64,000 nt of DNA from Mustelus asterias (GCF_964213995.1 NW_027590128.1:1302001-1366000), one strand, 5' to 3'; positions 46,460 to 60,420 are shown, counted from the stretch's first letter. Made by a program: numbers and translations. Notes: generated by a model not told the origin, from the letters alone.

Positions 46460-46760
46460 GCAACATAGTGGCACAGTGTTTAGCACTGCTGCCTCACAGC
46501 ACCAGGGACCCGGGTACAAATTTGGCCTTGTGTAGAGTTTGCACATTCTCCCTGTGTCTGTGTGGGTTTCCTCAGGGTGTTCTGGTTTCCTCCCACACTC
46601 CAAAGATCTGAGGGTTAGGTGGATTGGCCATGCTAAATTGCCCTTAGTATCAGGAGGATTAGCAGGGTAGTACGTGGAGTTGAAGGATTAGGGCCTGGGT
46701 GGGATTGATGTCAGTGCAGGCTCGATGGGCCAAATGACCTCCTGTACTTTAGGGATTCTT
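46460..46760 (+). mobile_element. HE1/V-SINE
   Basis: Head, V-domain, tail. Confidence 0.85.
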
Positions 46761-48659
46761 TGAACATTGCTGAATCATGCAATGACATTCAAATTGTATT
46801 TGAATGCGCATGATAACTTTGTCATTAAATAGCTCAAACAATAAAAACAGATTCCACAAAATCACAAACATTTCCCCCTCAGTATATTTGGCTCTAATTC
46901 CAGTTACAGAGTCCCACAACTCTCTGTATTTCCCAGGGGGAGAAAGAAAGTGTTTTACTCACAGATGTTGGCCAGAGGGGGAAGTTTTCCTTTTTCTCTC
47001 AAAGACATCCTTTAGCTCTCAGTTTGACACATTTATTTGTCTGGTTAATAGGATGGCCTCCTATCTAATGTTCACAATTATAACGTTTTCCCAAGAGATG
47101 GATGACGTTTAAAGGAAGAGTAAATCAACTGAGGACAGAGATAGTATGGTCATATGGCACACACAAAATCATTTATGATTCTCTGAAGTTCATTATAATT
47201 ATTTTTTGTCTTGAAATATATAGCAGCGTTGCTGTTTTATATTTCCAGCCACAGAGTCATTGTGGCACAAAATGAATCTATTTGGCAACTCAAGTCAATA
47301 CCAACCCTCTGTAGAGAAAGTCAGTCAATTCCATACCTCCTCGATATCCCCATTTCCCTGAAAGTTTATTTCCTTCAAGTGTTCATCAAATTTCATTTTG
47401 AAATCACTGATCATCTCTTGTTGCACCACTCTCATCAGCAGCAAGTTCCAGGGCCTAAACAAAGTTCTTCCTCACTGATCCCTATCTCGCCAATCACATA
47501 ACAGAGAGCTGTATATTACACACATTTATTATCCATTAAATATGCAAATGTATAAATATATACGGGCCATTTAGAACATTATATCTGTACCCGACTCTTC
47601 AAATGAGCATTTTGACTGAGTGCCATTCTCCTGTGTTTTTTCTCTCTGGGAAATACAGAGAGTTGTAGTAAATTAAATTAGTGCCATGAATTCTAAGGGA
47701 GGAATTGCTGGTGATTTTGTGGAGACTGGTTTTATTGAAGTAAAAAGTATCCCATCTATTCAAATGCTATTTGTCTGTCAATGCCTGATTCATTTATGTT
47801 GCTTTTATTTTGACTTTTACAATGAAACATTTTAAAAAGTGAAACCTCACTCATTTTATCCTTGGAATTGTCTGGAAATGTGTTTATTTTAGAGTTATCA
47901 GTTGGCTTGGGACGCCACAAGAAGAGATATATCCAGTGTTGTTTTATAGTACGTATTAGATCTAATATTTATATTTCAGTAAAATAATGTATTTATTATT
48001 TCCATTCTTGTAATCTGGTACTGCAGCGATGTTATACATTTCCAGTCATAGACTCCACACTTCAGAAGGAACTTGAGTCCATGTCAACTTTCTGCAAAGC
48101 GATCACTCAGCCCCATTCCCCTCTATATCTCCATTAGTGCAGCATGTTCATTTCCTTTGTGTGCCAATCCAATCTCATTTTGAAACCATTTGTCTCCTGT
48201 TCCACCATCCTCATAGACATTGAGTTCCATCGAAACATAGAAAATAGGATCAGGAGTAGGCCATTTGGCCCTTCAAGCCTGCTCTTCTGTTCATTATGAT
48301 AATAGCCCAAACCCCCATATCCTTCGATCGCTTTTGCCTTTTAACTTTATGTCTCTTTCCATAGATAAAATAATGTTTGCCAGTTGCATGAGAAGAAAAT
48401 GAGTTTTTTTCTGTTCTAAATCAATTTCACAGCATTTTAGGAGAGGGGGATTTGCAGTTGGTAAACAGAAATCAAATGTGATCTCAGACCTGATTGAGTC
48501 GACCAATTTATTGTAACCTGAATATCATTGTATTTTGAATATAGAAGGAAAAAGCACCATTCACAGTGGAGAGAAACTGTACACGTGTTCTGTGTGTGTG
48601 GACAAGACTTCACCCAATCATCTGGCCTTTCGGAACATAATTGCAATCGCAACAGGGAG

Positions 48660-49244
48660 ATGGCTTGGAAATGTGAGGATTGTGGGAAGGGATTTGATTA
48701 CCCATCCCACCTGGAAACTCATCGACGCATTCACACAGGGGAGAGACCGTTCACCTGCTCTCAATGTGGGAAGGGATTCACTACCTCATCCCATCTGCTG
48801 AAACACCAGCGAATTCACACAGGGGAGAGACCGTTCACATGTTCTGTGTGTAGGAAGGAATTCAATCAGTCATCCAACCTAGCGATACACGAGCGAATTC
48901 ATACTGAGGAAAGGCCATTCATCTGCTCTCAGTGTGGGAAGGGATTCACTCAGTCATCCACGCTGCTAAATCATCAACGAGTTCACACTGGGGAGAGGCC
49001 ATTCACCTGCTCCCAGTGTGGGAAGGGATTCACTACCTCAGCCATGCTGCTGAAACACCAGCGAATTCATACTGGGGAGAGGCCATTCACCTGCTCTGTG
49101 TGTGGAAAGGGATTTATTACCTCATGCACACTGCTAAATCACCAGCGAACTCACACTGGGGAGAGGCCATTCACTTGCTCCCAGTGTGGGAAGGGATACA
49201 TTACTTCATCCAGGCTGCGAAAACACCAGCAAATTCACAAGTAA
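48660..49244 (+). CDS. C2H2 ZNF-I, 7 fingers (different leader subfamily; start uncertain, frame open from 48528)
   Basis: MAWKCEDCGKGF...HQQIHK; acceptor-like CATTTTAG at ~48433-48440. Confidence 0.8.
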   Translation: MAWKCEDCGKGFDYPSHLETHRRIHTGERPFTCSQCGKGFTTSSHLLKHQRIHTGERPFTCSVCRKEFNQSSNLAIHERIHTEERPFICSQCGKGFTQSSTLLNHQRVHTGERPFTCSQCGKGFTTSAMLLKHQRIHTGERPFTCSVCGKGFITSCTLLNHQRTHTGERPFTCSQCGKGYITSSRLRKHQQIHK

Positions 49245-49364
49245 CTATTGTGATTGGATTTTGCAGTTAATCATATTCAGACTGAACCATGTTCATTTGG
49301 GTCCGTTTCTGCTGAATTGAAAAATAACTCCAGCTCTGTTATAGGTGTTAATATAATTGGCTTA

Positions 49365-49560
49365 GAAGGAGGATTTGGGGTCAGGATACTCACACAGAAT
49401 ATCAGATCAGGATTGGATGGAGCTGCACAATTTATCGTAACCTTAACAGCAGAGAATTTTGAACATGGAAGGAAACAGCACCATTCACATCCACAGTCAC
49501 ATTAGGGAGAAACTGTGTAAATGTGGAGACTGTGAGGAGAAATTCAGTTCCCCGTCAGAG
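49365..49560 (+). pseudogene. ZNF remnant (leader plus half of finger 1) joined to a CR1 fragment
   Basis: IREKLCKCGDCEEKFSSPSE at 49501-49560. Confidence 0.65.
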
Positions 49561-50255
49561 GATTCTGAGTGTCCTGGTTCATGAGTCACAAAAAGCTAGT
49601 AGAAGGGTACAGCAAGTAATTGGGAAAGTTAACATAATGTTATTGTTCATTGTGAGGGGAATTGAATACAAAACAGAGCTTATGCTTCTGCTTTACAGAA
49701 CACTGGCGATTTGGAATATGATTAAAGTATTTGTCTCCTTATTTAAAGAAGAATGTAAATGTGTTAGAAGCAGTTCAGAGAAGGTCTACTAGACTATACC
49801 AGAAATGGGAGATTGTCTTATGAGGAAAGACTGAGTAGCCTGAGCTTGTATCTGCTGGAGCTTAAAAGAGTAAGAGGCAATTTGATTGAAATCTTTTTCA
49901 GTTCCTGAGGTATTTTGACAGGATCGATTTAAAGAGGATGATTTCTCATGTGAGCGAATCTAATACTTATTATTGAATACATTATTGAAAAATAAAATGT
50001 TGCTCAGTTGACACAAAGATGAGAAATAAATGTTTTCTCTTAGAGGGCAGCGAGTCTCTGGGTCTTCCTCAAAAAGCATTGGAAGCAGTGTCTTTGAATA
50101 TTTTGAAGGCAGAGCTGGATAGATTCTTGATTAACAGGGGGTAAAAGGAATGTGGATTTGAGGTTACAATCAGATCAACCAGGGTCTTATTGAGTGGTGG
50201 AGCAGGCTAGAGGGGCCGAGTGGCCTTCTCCTGCTCCTAATTTGTATGTTCATAT
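49558..50255 (+). mobile_element. Old CR1-type LINE 3' fragment
   Basis: VLVHESQKAS..VQQVIGK..RGIEYK..LYRTL motif; tail hairpin GGGGCCGAGTGGCCT. Confidence 0.8.
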
Positions 50256-51059
50256 TTGTGTGGAAAGTTATCACAGTATTGCTGTTAATAAACAAAGCAT
50301 AGTTATAAATGTTAAGTTATACATTGTTATGTAAAATAAATTCAGTTTGTGTTCGACATGAAGAGTGTTGAGCTTTTTTAATATCTCAAACACAATTTGG
50401 ATCCTTTGAAGGTCTCTTTCCTCTGTCTCCTCCATCTTCACCTCCAGTGTGAGGAGCTCATGGAACTTCTTTGTCATTAAGATTTAGACAATGTAATCAG
50501 CTGCCTCTACTGCTTCCCTCCCTTCCCCTAGCCCACCGAGCCAAACTCTTTCTAATGACCCCCCTTTGCTGTAGCCCTGAATTTGATCCTTTGTTTCAAT
50601 TCTCTCCTATCTCTCCTTGTATCCTCTCAGAGTATATCTTTCCAGCAATCCCACCTCCTCCCTCGACCTTATTCCCACTAAACTGCTCCTCACCCAACTT
50701 CCCTATTTTCACTGATATCGTTCATGGTTCTCTCCCTTCAGGTATTCCTATGTCCTTCAGTTCTGCCATCATCACCAGCACCCTCCCCCAATGAAACCAA
50801 CCCTTAACTCCCAATATCCTTGTAAACTCCCGCCCCAATCTCTAATCGTCTTTTCCCCTGGAACGTCCTTGTCACCTCCCAAATCCTGTAACTCCATGTT
50901 TCAACCCTCCAATCGGATTTCTGTCTCTGCGCCAGTGCAGACACAGCTCTCTCTCACTGTCCTGCTCATTCTGTCTGCAATCAGCCCAATTCACTGATGC
51001 CTGTAAACAACTCCCTCAGTTATTTTACTTTAAACAAGACTTTTAACCACTGGATAAGA

Positions 51060-51275
51060 CGTTCTCCCCATGTCTGTGTGGGTTTCCTCCAGGTGCTCTG
51101 GTTTCCTCACACTCCAAAGATGTGTGGGTTAGGTTGATTGGCTATTCTACATTGACCTTTAGTGTCAGGGGGATTAGCAGAGTAAATGGGTTATGGGGTT
51201 AGGCCTGGGTGGGATTGTTGTTGGTGCAGGTTCCATGGGCCAAATGGCCTCCTTCAGCACTGTAGGGATTCTATC
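51060..51275 (+). mobile_element. HE1/V-SINE, 5'-truncated
   Basis: V-domain and CR1-type tail. Confidence 0.8.
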
Positions 51276-53259
51276 TCAGGAATCTTATATAATCAATTGA
51301 AGGAAGCTTATTTAAAAGAAAAATACTTGTCAATATAGAATGGAAAAATATACTTAACAGAACAGACTTTTATAATTTATGTTGGTTGATCAGGCTGAAG
51401 ATGTGTAATTCCTCGTTTCCATTTTTAACAACAGTCCTGATGAGAATCTTGTTTTGTTGACTTCCAGAAACATAGAAAATAGGAGCAGGATAGGTCATTT
51501 GGCCCTTCGATCCTGTTCTGCAATTCAAGATGATCATGACTGATCCCCTATCTCAACATTATTCTCCACTGATCTCCCCAAACTCCTTGAGGCTTTTAGA
51601 GTCTGAATATATCTCAGAAGGTAAACAGATATATTTCTAATGTTTTGGCCTCCACAGCCTTCTGTGCTGGCGAATTCCACAAGTTCACCACTCTCTGCAT
51701 GAAGAAATTTCTCCTCCTCTCACTCCTAAACTTCCCCATATCATATTTCATATATTATAATCATATTTGATTTCAGGCATTATCAAGATCTTTGTTTTAG
51801 ATGGTCTTTTATTTCCTAAAAATAACACAAATTTTCTCTGACTTTTTTTCCGAAATTAACCCAAATTCAAGTAGAAATATTATTGTGAAAAAGAAATCGT
51901 TTTTGACACTGGGGAACCACCTGGCTGTTAGTTGTTAGTTTCTTTTTGTTCTGACAATGTGATTATTCCCTTAAACTTTCCCTTTGGATGTTCAAATCAG
52001 CCATTCATATCAATTTATTTAGTCAATTTCAATTTGAGGAATAATCTCTTAAGATAAAAGCAAATTACTGTGGCTGCTGGAATCTGAAACAAAAACAGAA
52101 AATGCTGGGATCTCAGCAGGTCTGACAGCCTCTGTGGAGAGAGAATAGAGCCAACATTTTGAGTCTAGATGACCCCCCATCAGAGCTCAATAATTACACT
52201 CAGCCTTATTGACTTTAAATGGTGATTTACATCAGAGACATAAACGTTTGCAATCAGTTTTGAGGTAACTTCCAACAGCTGAACAATGCAGTTATGTGGG
52301 ATCAGGATATTGAATTCGATGATCAGCCCATTGAATTTGATGATTAGCCATGATTATAATGAATGGTGGAGCAGGTTTGAAAGGCCAAATGGCCTACTCC
52401 TGCTTCTCGTTTCTATGACAGCGCATTCCACATCCGGAATTCAGCAGCATTCCGACTTCTGTGCCGCCATCACTTCGTGCCTGATAATACATTCATTGTC
52501 ACCAATTAGCAGCAAGGGCGGGTTGTAGACCTTCATTTTGCTCAATGAGTGTTGGAGAGTGGGATGTCTAGTGTTGTAGACTGCAGGCAGTGACCCAGAA
52601 CAAGGTCACGGCCAGCACTTTAAAAGGCTCCCTGCATGGGACAGTGTCAGCTGACTCATCAGATGATCATTCGAGTGGATTAACTAGACAGAGAAAAGAT
52701 GTGGGCATTTTCCAGTCTGTCCAGTTAAGTGCATTAAATTGTTAATCTCTGCAAACCATGCCAGTTTTCAGAGGCAGTAATTTTAAAAATCAGCAATATC
52801 TTTTGGCACTGAGGAGTTGGACATTGGTTACATATTTCCAAATGTCTGTGCCATTGGAGCAGGGGGAGAGGGGAACCAGAAGGGCCAAACCAGCCTTGAG
52901 GCTGCCCTTGGTGTCCTCCTGCATGAGGCTGCCTTGGTGTCCTCCTGCATGAGGTTCATCATTGACATGGCCAGCTCATGTCAACCGCTGGCAAGACGGG
53001 TAAGCCCAGCCACTCTCACAGATACAGAGAGAATGTACAAACTCCCCACAGACAGTCACCCAAGGCCGGAATTGAACCTGGGTCCCTGGCGCTGTGAGGC
53101 AGCGGTGCTAACCACTGTGCCACTGTCCAAATCTTTACAGCTGTATTTAACAAACTCTTTTGCGAAAGGGGCGTCACAATCAAATCCAGTTATAACCCAC
53201 AGGTACCAAACCCAAACCCACGAATTTTCACCCCAGTCCCAGGAGTTTGGAGACCGGCT

Positions 53260-53545
53260 GAATAATGGCAGCCGCATACCCACAATCCACGGCGCTGGGG
53301 AAACCGCTCTATTCGCCACGCAAGCAGGCGACCCCGAATGCGCATGTCCAGGGGAGAGGGAAGGTGCGCATGTACGGAGGAGGTCCCACCCACCATTATG
53401 TCGCGTGAGACATTCACCAATGAGAATAGTTGGAGGACCGGAAGCCCTCTGGTCCTCCAGCCAATCAGAATGCTGTCTTTGTGACAATGCAGATTGAGCT
53501 TCATGTAGACAGAAACGTTCTTCTGTCTCTCCAACATCTGTGAGT
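53260..53545 (+). promoter_or_regulatory. Promoter/first exon for ZNF-J with donor ACATCT|GTGAGT (~53540)
   Basis: YY1-like AATGGCAGCC, two NRF1-like TGCGCATG, two CCAAT flanking GGAGGACC..GGTCCTCC. Confidence 0.6.
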
Positions 53546-54297
53546 GAAACACTTTCTTTTCTCCCCCTTTCCATTTCTTTTCTCATTCTGGGGGATTTTG
53601 GGGACTTGCAGCAACTGAAGGGAAAGGAAGTGAATCCAGGGAGGCTGCAGACTCTGGTAAGGTTGCCCCAAGTCTTTCTCTTTTAAAGACATTAACATTC
53701 TTTAGCTCCCTCAGCTTAATACATTTATTTGTCTGGCTAAAAGGATGGTCTATATTCGTAATGGTCACAATTAAAGGGGTGGATCCCCAGGAGATAGCTG
53801 ATATTAAGGAGACAGTAAATTAATATAGGACAGGGATATGTCGAGTGTTGTTCTATGATGTGTATTAGATGCAGGGTAAGAATGGCGGGAGAAAGTAAAG
53901 AATTTTCTATAAAAACTAGAATTGTCTTTTCTGAATTTCTAAGTTGCACTGACAGTGATGAATTTTGGAACTCATTTTACAGAATATCAGAATTGGACTT
54001 CTCAAAACAAATACTTGTGGTGATCTGCCAGATTAACTTGATAAATCGGGACCTGAACAACATCAGCCTTTGGAATCTATAAAGAGAAATATTTCTCTGT
54101 TCTGTCTGCTTCAAGAGATTTCAACCATAAGTGTGATTGGAAAACGTGGAGACACAGACATGAGTGGGTGTTCCTGTGCACTGACTGTGGAATAAAGCTT
54201 CAACCAGTTACACAGCTTGAAAAGACATCACTAGTCACTATTCAGGTTTTTTATGTATGGACAAGGCTTCAACTGACTGTCAAACTGGGAGAGACAC

Positions 54298-55491
54298 ATG
54301 GACACCTACACCATGGAGAAACCATGGAAATGTGGAGACTGTGGTAAAGGATTCAATTTCCCATATCAGCTGGAAACTCATCAACGCAGTCACACTGGGG
54401 AGAGGCCGTTCACTTGCTTGGAGTGTGGGAAGGGATTCGCTCATTCATCCTCCCTGCAGACACACAAACGAGTTCACACAGGGGAGAGGCCATTCACCTG
54501 CCCTGAGTGTGGGAAAGGATTCACAAGTTCATCCCACCTGCAGACACACAAGCGAGTTCACACTGGGGAGAGGCCATTCACCTGCTCCGATTGTGGAAAG
54601 GGATTCAGTGATTCATCCAACCTGTTGATGCACCAGCGAGTTCACACCAGGGAGAGGCGGTTCACCTGCTCGGAGTGCGGGAAGGAATTCACTCAGTTAT
54701 CCCACCTCCAGTCACACGAGCGCATTCACACTGGGGAGAGACCATTCAGCTGCTCTGAGTGTGGGAAGGCATTCAGTGATTCATCCAACCTGTTGAGGCA
54801 CCAGCGAGTTCACACTGGGGAGAGGCCGTTCGCCTGCTCCGAGTGTGGGAAGGGATTTACTGATTCATCCAACCTGCTGATGCACCAGAGGGTTCATACC
54901 AGAGAGAGACCATTCCCCTGCTCAATGTGTGGGATGAGATTCAGTGATTCATTCAGTCTGCTGATGCACCAACGAGTTCACACTGGAGAGAAACCATTCA
55001 CCTGCTCTATCTGTGGGAAGGGATTTAGTCGCTCATCCCATCTGTTGATGCACCAGCGAATTCACACTGGGGAGAGGCCATTCACCTGCCCCGAATGTGG
55101 GAGGCGATTCACTGATTCATCGCATCTGTTGATACACCAGCGAGTTCACACTGGGGAGAGACCGTTCACCTGCCCCGATTGTGGGAAGGGATTCCCAGAT
55201 GCATCCAATCTGCAGAAACACCGACGAGTGCACACTGGGGAGAGACCATTCACTTGCTCTGATTGTTGGAAAGCATTTACTCAGTCATCCCACCTGCAGA
55301 CACACCAGCGAGTTCACACCGGAGAGAGACCATTCACCTGCTCTCAGTGTGGGAAGGGATTCAGTAATTCATCCAACCTGTGGGCACACCAACGAGTTCA
55401 CACTGGGAAGAAACCATTTACCTGCTCTGTGTGCGGGAAGGGATTCACTCGGTCATCACAGCTGCTGAGACACCAGCAAGTTCACAAATGA
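54298..55491 (+). CDS. C2H2 ZNF-J, 14 fingers, intact ORF (family start MEKPWKC at 54313)
   Basis: 397-aa ORF; acceptor TTTTACAG at ~53975-53982. Confidence 0.9.
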   Translation: MDTYTMEKPWKCGDCGKGFNFPYQLETHQRSHTGERPFTCLECGKGFAHSSSLQTHKRVHTGERPFTCPECGKGFTSSSHLQTHKRVHTGERPFTCSDCGKGFSDSSNLLMHQRVHTRERRFTCSECGKEFTQLSHLQSHERIHTGERPFSCSECGKAFSDSSNLLRHQRVHTGERPFACSECGKGFTDSSNLLMHQRVHTRERPFPCSMCGMRFSDSFSLLMHQRVHTGEKPFTCSICGKGFSRSSHLLMHQRIHTGERPFTCPECGRRFTDSSHLLIHQRVHTGERPFTCPDCGKGFPDASNLQKHRRVHTGERPFTCSDCWKAFTQSSHLQTHQRVHTGERPFTCSQCGKGFSNSSNLWAHQRVHTGKKPFTCSVCGKGFTRSSQLLRHQQVHK

Positions 55492-55936
55492 TGACAGGGG
55501 TTGGATTCTGCTGTTATTGCTGCTGTTCATCATGTCCAGGACTGAACCATTTTGGTGAAGTTTCTTTCTTTCTTTGGACTGGCTGGTCTCTCAATGTTGA
55601 TTCCAGTGGGTTGATGCACTTTGAGCCTGGGAGAGCACATTTCTACTGAAATGATCCACAAAAGCTGATGAAGGACATTTATTTTATCTTGGATAGTAAA
55701 TAGTGCTTTTAATAGCACTCCAGGTAGATCTAAAATACATTTGTCTCTGTTCCATTGAGTCTACAGCACAGGGCCAGGCCAGTCGGCTCAATCAGTCTAC
55801 ATCACTATTTATGCTCCACATAAGTTTCCACCCACCCCTCTTCACCTCCCCCCATCAGCATATCCTTCTATTCCTTTCTCCCTCATGTCTGTATCGAGCT
55901 TCCCCTTCAATGTATTCATGCTGTTCACCTCAACCA

Positions 55937-56372
55937 CCCGCTGTGGTGGTGAGTTCCACATTCTCACCACTCGCTGTGATAGTGAGTTCCACAGTCTCAC
56001 CACTCGCTGTGGTGGTGAGTTCCACATTCTCACCACTCACTGTGATAGTGAGTTCCACAGTCTCACCACTTACTGTGATAGTGAGTTCCACAGTCTCACC
56101 ACTCGCTGTGGTAGTGAGTTCCACAGTCTCACCACTCGCTGTGATAGTGAGTTCCACAGTCTCACCACTCGCTGTGATAGTGAGCTCCACATTCTCACCA
56201 CTCGCTGTGATAGTGAGTTCCACAGTCTCACCACTCACTGTGATAGTGAGTTCCACATTCTCACCACTCGCTGTGATAGTGAGTTCCACAGTCTCACCAC
56301 TCGCTGTGATAGTGAGTTCCACATTCTCACCACTCGCTGTGATGGTGAGTTCCACAGTCTCACCACTCGCTG
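55937..56372. repeat. 33-bp minisatellite (~13 units) inside a minus-strand CR1 3' fragment (~55760-56460)
   Basis: Unit GAGTTCCACA(G/T)TCTCACCACTCGCTGTGATAGT; flanks read VEVNSMNTLKGKLD (CR1 C-terminus). Confidence 0.95.
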
Positions 56373-58164
56373 GTAAAGAGGTTTCTCATTAAATCCCCGT
56401 TGGATTATTGAACCCCTTCATAATCTTAAAGACTTCCATCAGATCACTTCTTCGTCTTCTCTTTGGAGAAAACCACCCCAGCATTCAAAATGTGTCAAAT
56501 TTAGACTCAACCTTTAACAATGATTTTGATGCAGGGACTGAGTGTAATTATCCAACATTGTGGGGAAACAAAAAAAAATTGCATTTCTATAGCACCTCTC
56601 ACAACCACAGGGTGTCAGATGAACATGTGAATCAGGAGCCTGTTCTGCCATTCAACATAATCATGGCTGATCTAATTGAAACCTCAACTCCACATTCCCA
56701 CCTCCCCCTGATAACCTTTCACCACCTTGTTTCTCTATCTATCTTTGCCATTGTCCTGAAACATTATACAGTGAATGAAGTTCTGTGAATTGTAGTGACT
56801 GTTGTAATGGAGGAAATTGCAGGCCTGAGTCATCAAATTTAGTTTTAAAATTCAATCACTTTCATACCATATTCATTGCTATAAGTAACAAGGTCAAGGA
56901 AACCATTTTAAAATCGAACATGTGGCTTCTAACAGTCTGTTCACCTTCTGTCACTGGCTTTATTAGCTACAAATTGATTTTATATGTAACATATGATTAT
57001 TCAGTAATGAACCTTGAATAAGCTGTCATCAGTAACTCAGTGTAATAGACAATTATATAAAGGGTAGATCTTTATTTTAAAATATTAACACTGAATAACC
57101 TGAAATGTTTCCAGAAACCGCAGAGCCGGCAGAAGTTGTTTAAAGAAAGAAATTATTTTATAATTTTGATAAGCTACAGGATATCATATTCTTCCAAAGT
57201 CCAGCTGAAGAATAAGGTTAATTGTTCAGTCTGGTCAGGATTAGTAAGGAAGAAAGCTGTTGTCTTTCGACAAACTGTCTTTTTGAACCAGTCTATCTTG
57301 TAGGAACCAAGTTTATTAACTAAAGATTACTGTATTAATTAGCTCGCAGTCAGTAACAAATAACTGGAGAAGTAGTGAGATTTAATTGAGTTACAGTTAA
57401 TAAATCGATAAAGAATGTCATTTTTTTGTTTATCTATTAGTGTCACAAGTCGGCTTATAGTAAAAGGCTGAGTTTTATTTGCTGTAAAAACATATCATCT
57501 GAATTGCTGTGTATGTGAAGAATGTGCAATGATGATAAATGTACTGGTAAGAGAGACCTTCAAGCTCTGATTTGTCTCAGAATTTGAAATTGTCTGAATA
57601 CCTGATTGTATAGAATCAGATAAAGGGTTAGTATGAAACTGTGCAATTGTATTCCTGTCTGAGATAATGAGAGAAGGTGGTGTCAGTAATTGGGGATCCG
57701 GTTAAATTAATCTGGTCACCAAATTGACCAAGTGTCATGTCACAATCAGCCCAACTCTGATGTCAGGTAATGGTCACTTTGGGGATAAAAGTAGAGATTC
57801 CCAACATCTTCCCTGCCAGCCAAGTACTGAATATTCACAGGGTCGAGTTCCAGGTAAATTATTGTCAAAGAAGGAACCAGACTTCTGAGGTTGAAATCCA
57901 CAAGAATTCCTGTCAAAGAAGGAGCCAGAGAGGGTTAACCTTCGACAGACTGATCACCCACATCAAGCTGTAAAAGCCAATGTTTGAAGTAAACATTTCT
58001 TGTCGAATAAACTTATTTTTAAAATTTACCCACCGTAGATTCCTGCTGTTGCCTTAATTGGTTAAAATATTCTTCGATCCAAGGTGAATTTGTTAAATGG
58101 CAAGTTGGGGGGTGGCTGAAATCAATTAAAATTCAGATATCAAGATCAGGGAACACAAATCTGA

Positions 58165-58578
58165 AATTAAAAACTTGCATTTAGCATCGTTCAGGACCAC
58201 AGGATGTCCCAATGCACTTTCCAACCAATGAAGCAGCTTTGAAGTGTGGTCATTGTTGTAATGCAGGAAATGTGGCAGCTAATGTGTACACAGCAAGATC
58301 CCAAAAGCAGCAACATGATCACGAGCAGATGATCTGTAGTGATGTTGATTGATAAATATTGGTCAGGACTCTGGGGATAGCCCCCCCCTGCTCTTCTTCA
58401 AAATCATATCCATGGTAACATCTATGTCCTTGAAGGGGCAGATGGGGTACTTGGGTTGGCATCTCATCCTAAAGGCAGCAGCTCTAATAATGCAGCACTC
58501 CCTCAGTGCTGGCACTTTGAATGTTGGCCTCAGGTCAATGGACTGGGATTGGAAAGAACAATCTTCAGATTCGGAGTG
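58165..58578 (-). mobile_element. Deu-domain (SacSINE1/AmnSINE-like) SINE
   Basis: Minus strand GCACTGAGGGAGTGCTGCATT..GCTGCCTTTAGGATGAGATG core; tail ATGCAAGTT; related fragment at ~1320-1385. Confidence 0.7.
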
Positions 58579-58579
58579 A

Positions 58580-58995
58580 AGATTTGATTTATTATCATCA
58601 CATGTATTAGTGTACAGTGAAAAATATTGTTTCTTGCACGCGATACAAAGCATGCCATACATAGAGAAGGAAAGGAGAGAGTGCAGAATGTAGTGCTACA
58701 GTCACAGCTAGAATGTAGAGAAAGATCAACTTAATACGAGGTAGGTCCATTCAAAAGTCTGATGGCAGCAGGGAAGTCAGTTGGTATGTGTCCTCAGACT
58801 TTTGTATCTTTTTCCCAACGGAAGAAGGTGGAAGGGAGAATGTCTGGGCTGTATAGGGTCCGTGATTATGCTGGCTGTTTTTCCAAAGCAGCTGGAAGTG
58901 TAGACACAGGCAATGGATGGGAGGCTGGTTTGTGTGATGGACTGGGTACGTTCACCACCCTTTGCAGTTTCTTGTGGAAGCGTGTGGATCCACTG
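58580..58995 (-). mobile_element. Rex1/Babar-type LINE 3' end
   Basis: LPSIACVYTSSCFGKTASIITDPIQPRHSPFHLLPLGKRYKSLRTHTN; tail TGTGATGATAATAAATCAAAT. Confidence 0.8.
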
Positions 58996-59024
58996 CGCTG
59001 TGGCTGATACAATAGACAATAGAC

Positions 59025-59500
59025 AGGTTCACAAGGATGTTGCCGGGACTTGAGAAGCTGAGTTACAGAGAGAGATTGATTCAGTTGGGACTTTATTCCC
59101 TGGAGCGTAGAAGATTGAGGGGAGATTTGATAGAGGTGTATAAGATTTTGATGGGTATAGATAGAGTGAAGGCAAGCAGGATTTTTCCGCTGAGGCTCGG
59201 GGAGAAAAAAACCAGAGGGCATGGGTTAAGGGTGAAAGGAGAAAAGTTTAAAGGGAATATTAGGGGGGGCTTCTTCACGCAGAGAGCGGTGGGAGTGTGG
59301 AATGAGCTGCCGGATAAAGTGGTAAATGCAGGGTCACTTTTAACATTTAAGAAAAACTTGGAACGGGTTCATGGATGAGAGGGGTGTGGAGGGATATGGT
59401 CCAAGTGCAGATCAGTGGGACTAGGCAAAAAATGGTTCGGCACAGACAAGAAGGGCCAAAAGGCCTGTTTCTGAGCTGTAATTTTCTATGGTTCTATGGT
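59025..59500 (+). mobile_element. CR1-type LINE 3' fragment
   Basis: LSYRERL..LGLYSLERRRLRGDLIEVYK; (TTCTATGG)n tail. Confidence 0.9.
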
Positions 59501-60199
59501 TCTAATTCAAAGTTGGAAAGGGAAAGTTATTCTTCGCCTCCAGTGCCTCAATGTCAAAATAACAACCTCATACAAAAACAGGTATTGAATGCACAAATGT
59601 TGAAGAGTTTGTTTGGAGCCACAAGTTTCAAGTTCCCATTTCAGCCTGGGGCACCTTTCTCTCTCTGTTGCTCATGTTAGTGACAGCCAGGTGACGGAGT
59701 TGAGAGCTGAATTTCGCTGAGAATAACAGGGCCTGAGCTTCAATTGGGAAGCTGCCCTGGGCGTTGCACTGATAGAGAGACAGGAAGGTGCTGGAGGACT
59801 GACTGGGAAATGGGCCTCCAGCCAATTGGGGCAGGAGACGGGGCGATTGGGGCAGATGGTGATGGAACCCCTGGGGTTCAGTCCATGTGCCCAAAGTGTG
59901 GAGTCACAGTAACAGGGTGCAGAGGAGCTGAAGAGAAACCATTTGGGCCCAGAGTATTGTGAACATCCTTTTATTCTATAGAATTGGGATTCGGGGTGTC
60001 CATTAGCCCTTTATTCTCTTTCCCCAAACTCTGAAATGTTTGCCAGTGATAACCCTTATTGGTGACAGTGGTTAGATTTTATTCAGTATCAATAAGAGCT
60101 GACACAGTCTAATGTCTGAGCAGTCGTATCAAAGTGCAGCAGCATTACCATTACACTCTGGGTCGAAGCAGCATCTCCATGGAAATGCTCCCTGGTTGC

Positions 60200-60420
60200 C
60201 TCCCACAGTGCAAAGATGTACAGGTTAGGCAGATTGACCAATGCTAAATTGCCCCATAGATGTCCCAAGATGTTATGGTTCGGGGAATTAGTGGGGTAAA
60301 TGCGTGGGGTAATGGGGCTAGCGTGGGAGGGGTGTGTCTGGGGAAGATGCTCTGACAGAGAGTCGGTGCAGACTCGATGGGCCAAATGGCCTCCTTCCGC
60401 ACTGTAGGGATTCTATGATT
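60200..60420 (+). mobile_element. HE1/V-SINE 3' part
   Basis: Core end and CR1-type tail. Confidence 0.75.

Noticed and set aside
52817-53586. 226-aa and 176-aa overlapping ORFs
   Set aside because: Span a SINE fragment and GC-rich promoter; no recognisable domain
5965-55468. Long alternative-frame ORFs over ZNF arrays ([20 protein letters not shown].. and [21 protein letters not shown].. repeats)
   Set aside because: Expected by-product of 84-bp finger repeats with stop-poor shifted frames; no independent evidence of coding
55703-56392. Mucin-like or repetitive ORFs, and a CRISPR-like appearance
   Set aside because: Pure 33-bp tandem repeat with no unique spacers, derived from CR1; eukaryotic context, no cas genes
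57000-58110. Possible solo LTR (AATAAA at ~58006, TGG after ~58097); a similar candidate on the minus strand at ~37850-38580
   Set aside because: No second LTR, clear TG..CA ends, TSD or verifiable PBS
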